A stretch of 47,417 bases of DNA from Thermodesulfobacteriota bacterium (GTDB taxonomy: Bacteria; Desulfobacterota; Desulfobacteria; Desulfobacterales; SURF-7): contig JBMORA010000061.1 in assembly GCA_049320885.1 (NCBI GenBank), positions 1 through 47,417 of the forward strand, read 5' to 3'. Made by a program: the position numbers and the translations under genes. Below the pieces are notes generated by a model. It was not told where the DNA came from, did not search any database, and saw only the letters and a program-made list of their open reading frames with translations. This document shows positions 47,320-47,417 of the stretch, one piece after another. Position 1 is the stretch's first letter. Each line of letters begins with the position of its first letter.

Positions 47320-47417
47320 TGATTACTTATACTTATAAAATAACTACCCATTCAACTTGCAATTCTGGCAAAAAGCCTGTTTTTACAACCCCGTCAATCC
47401 CGATTGGGATTGATTGA

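Larger units (their letters stand above)
13242..47417. mobile_element. tRNA-Arg-integrated genomic (defence) island, left part
   Basis: tRNA 3' fragment at the boundary, arm-like direct repeats just inside, and a switch from housekeeping to defence genes and pseudogenes; right end and integrase are not in the window. Confidence 0.8.

Noticed and set aside
13290..47417. Integrase, transposase, reverse transcriptase or prophage structural genes
   Set aside because: No ORF with the corresponding motifs in the window; mobility is inferred only from the att fragment

Overview
The window has two parts and probably comes from a deltaproteobacterium (Desulfobacterota-like; inferred from gene content). 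Bases 1-13.2 kb are core genome. They hold degV, a stand-alone sensor-HAMP gene and a minus-strand aromatic amino acid operon (archaeal-type aroA'/aroB', pheA, aroE, aroA, shikimate kinase, aroC, tyrA). The operon is preceded by an unannotated 24-aa leader peptide with ten consecutive Phe/Tyr/Trp codons and a complete attenuator fold. A K+ channel and a 7TM-DISM diguanylate cyclase follow. At 13.24-13.29 kb the 3' half of a tRNA-Arg(ACG) gene marks the att end of a genomic island that runs off the right edge of the window; no integrase is visible. The island is a defence island headed by a divergent WYL regulator. A palindrome beside the regulator (TGTGTC-N7-GACACA plus an extended -10-like motif) recurs four times, three of them inside duplicated ~280-400 bp upstream modules. 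Cargo: Fic, Schlafen/AlbA and ASCH gene remnants; an ADP-ribosylglycohydrolase; a tightly coupled 7-gene DISARM class II-like operon (split DrmE-like pair, NERD-helicase, DrmA, DrmB, C5 methylase, HhH-GPD 4Fe-4S glycosylase, no DrmC); an EVE-like-domain McrBC; a 3-gene hypothetical/PLD/SF2-helicase operon; a second NERD-helicase; RhuM; and a YhaO/YhaN (Mre11/Rad50-like) pair with YhaN truncated. All family calls come from motifs recognised by eye; no database search was run.
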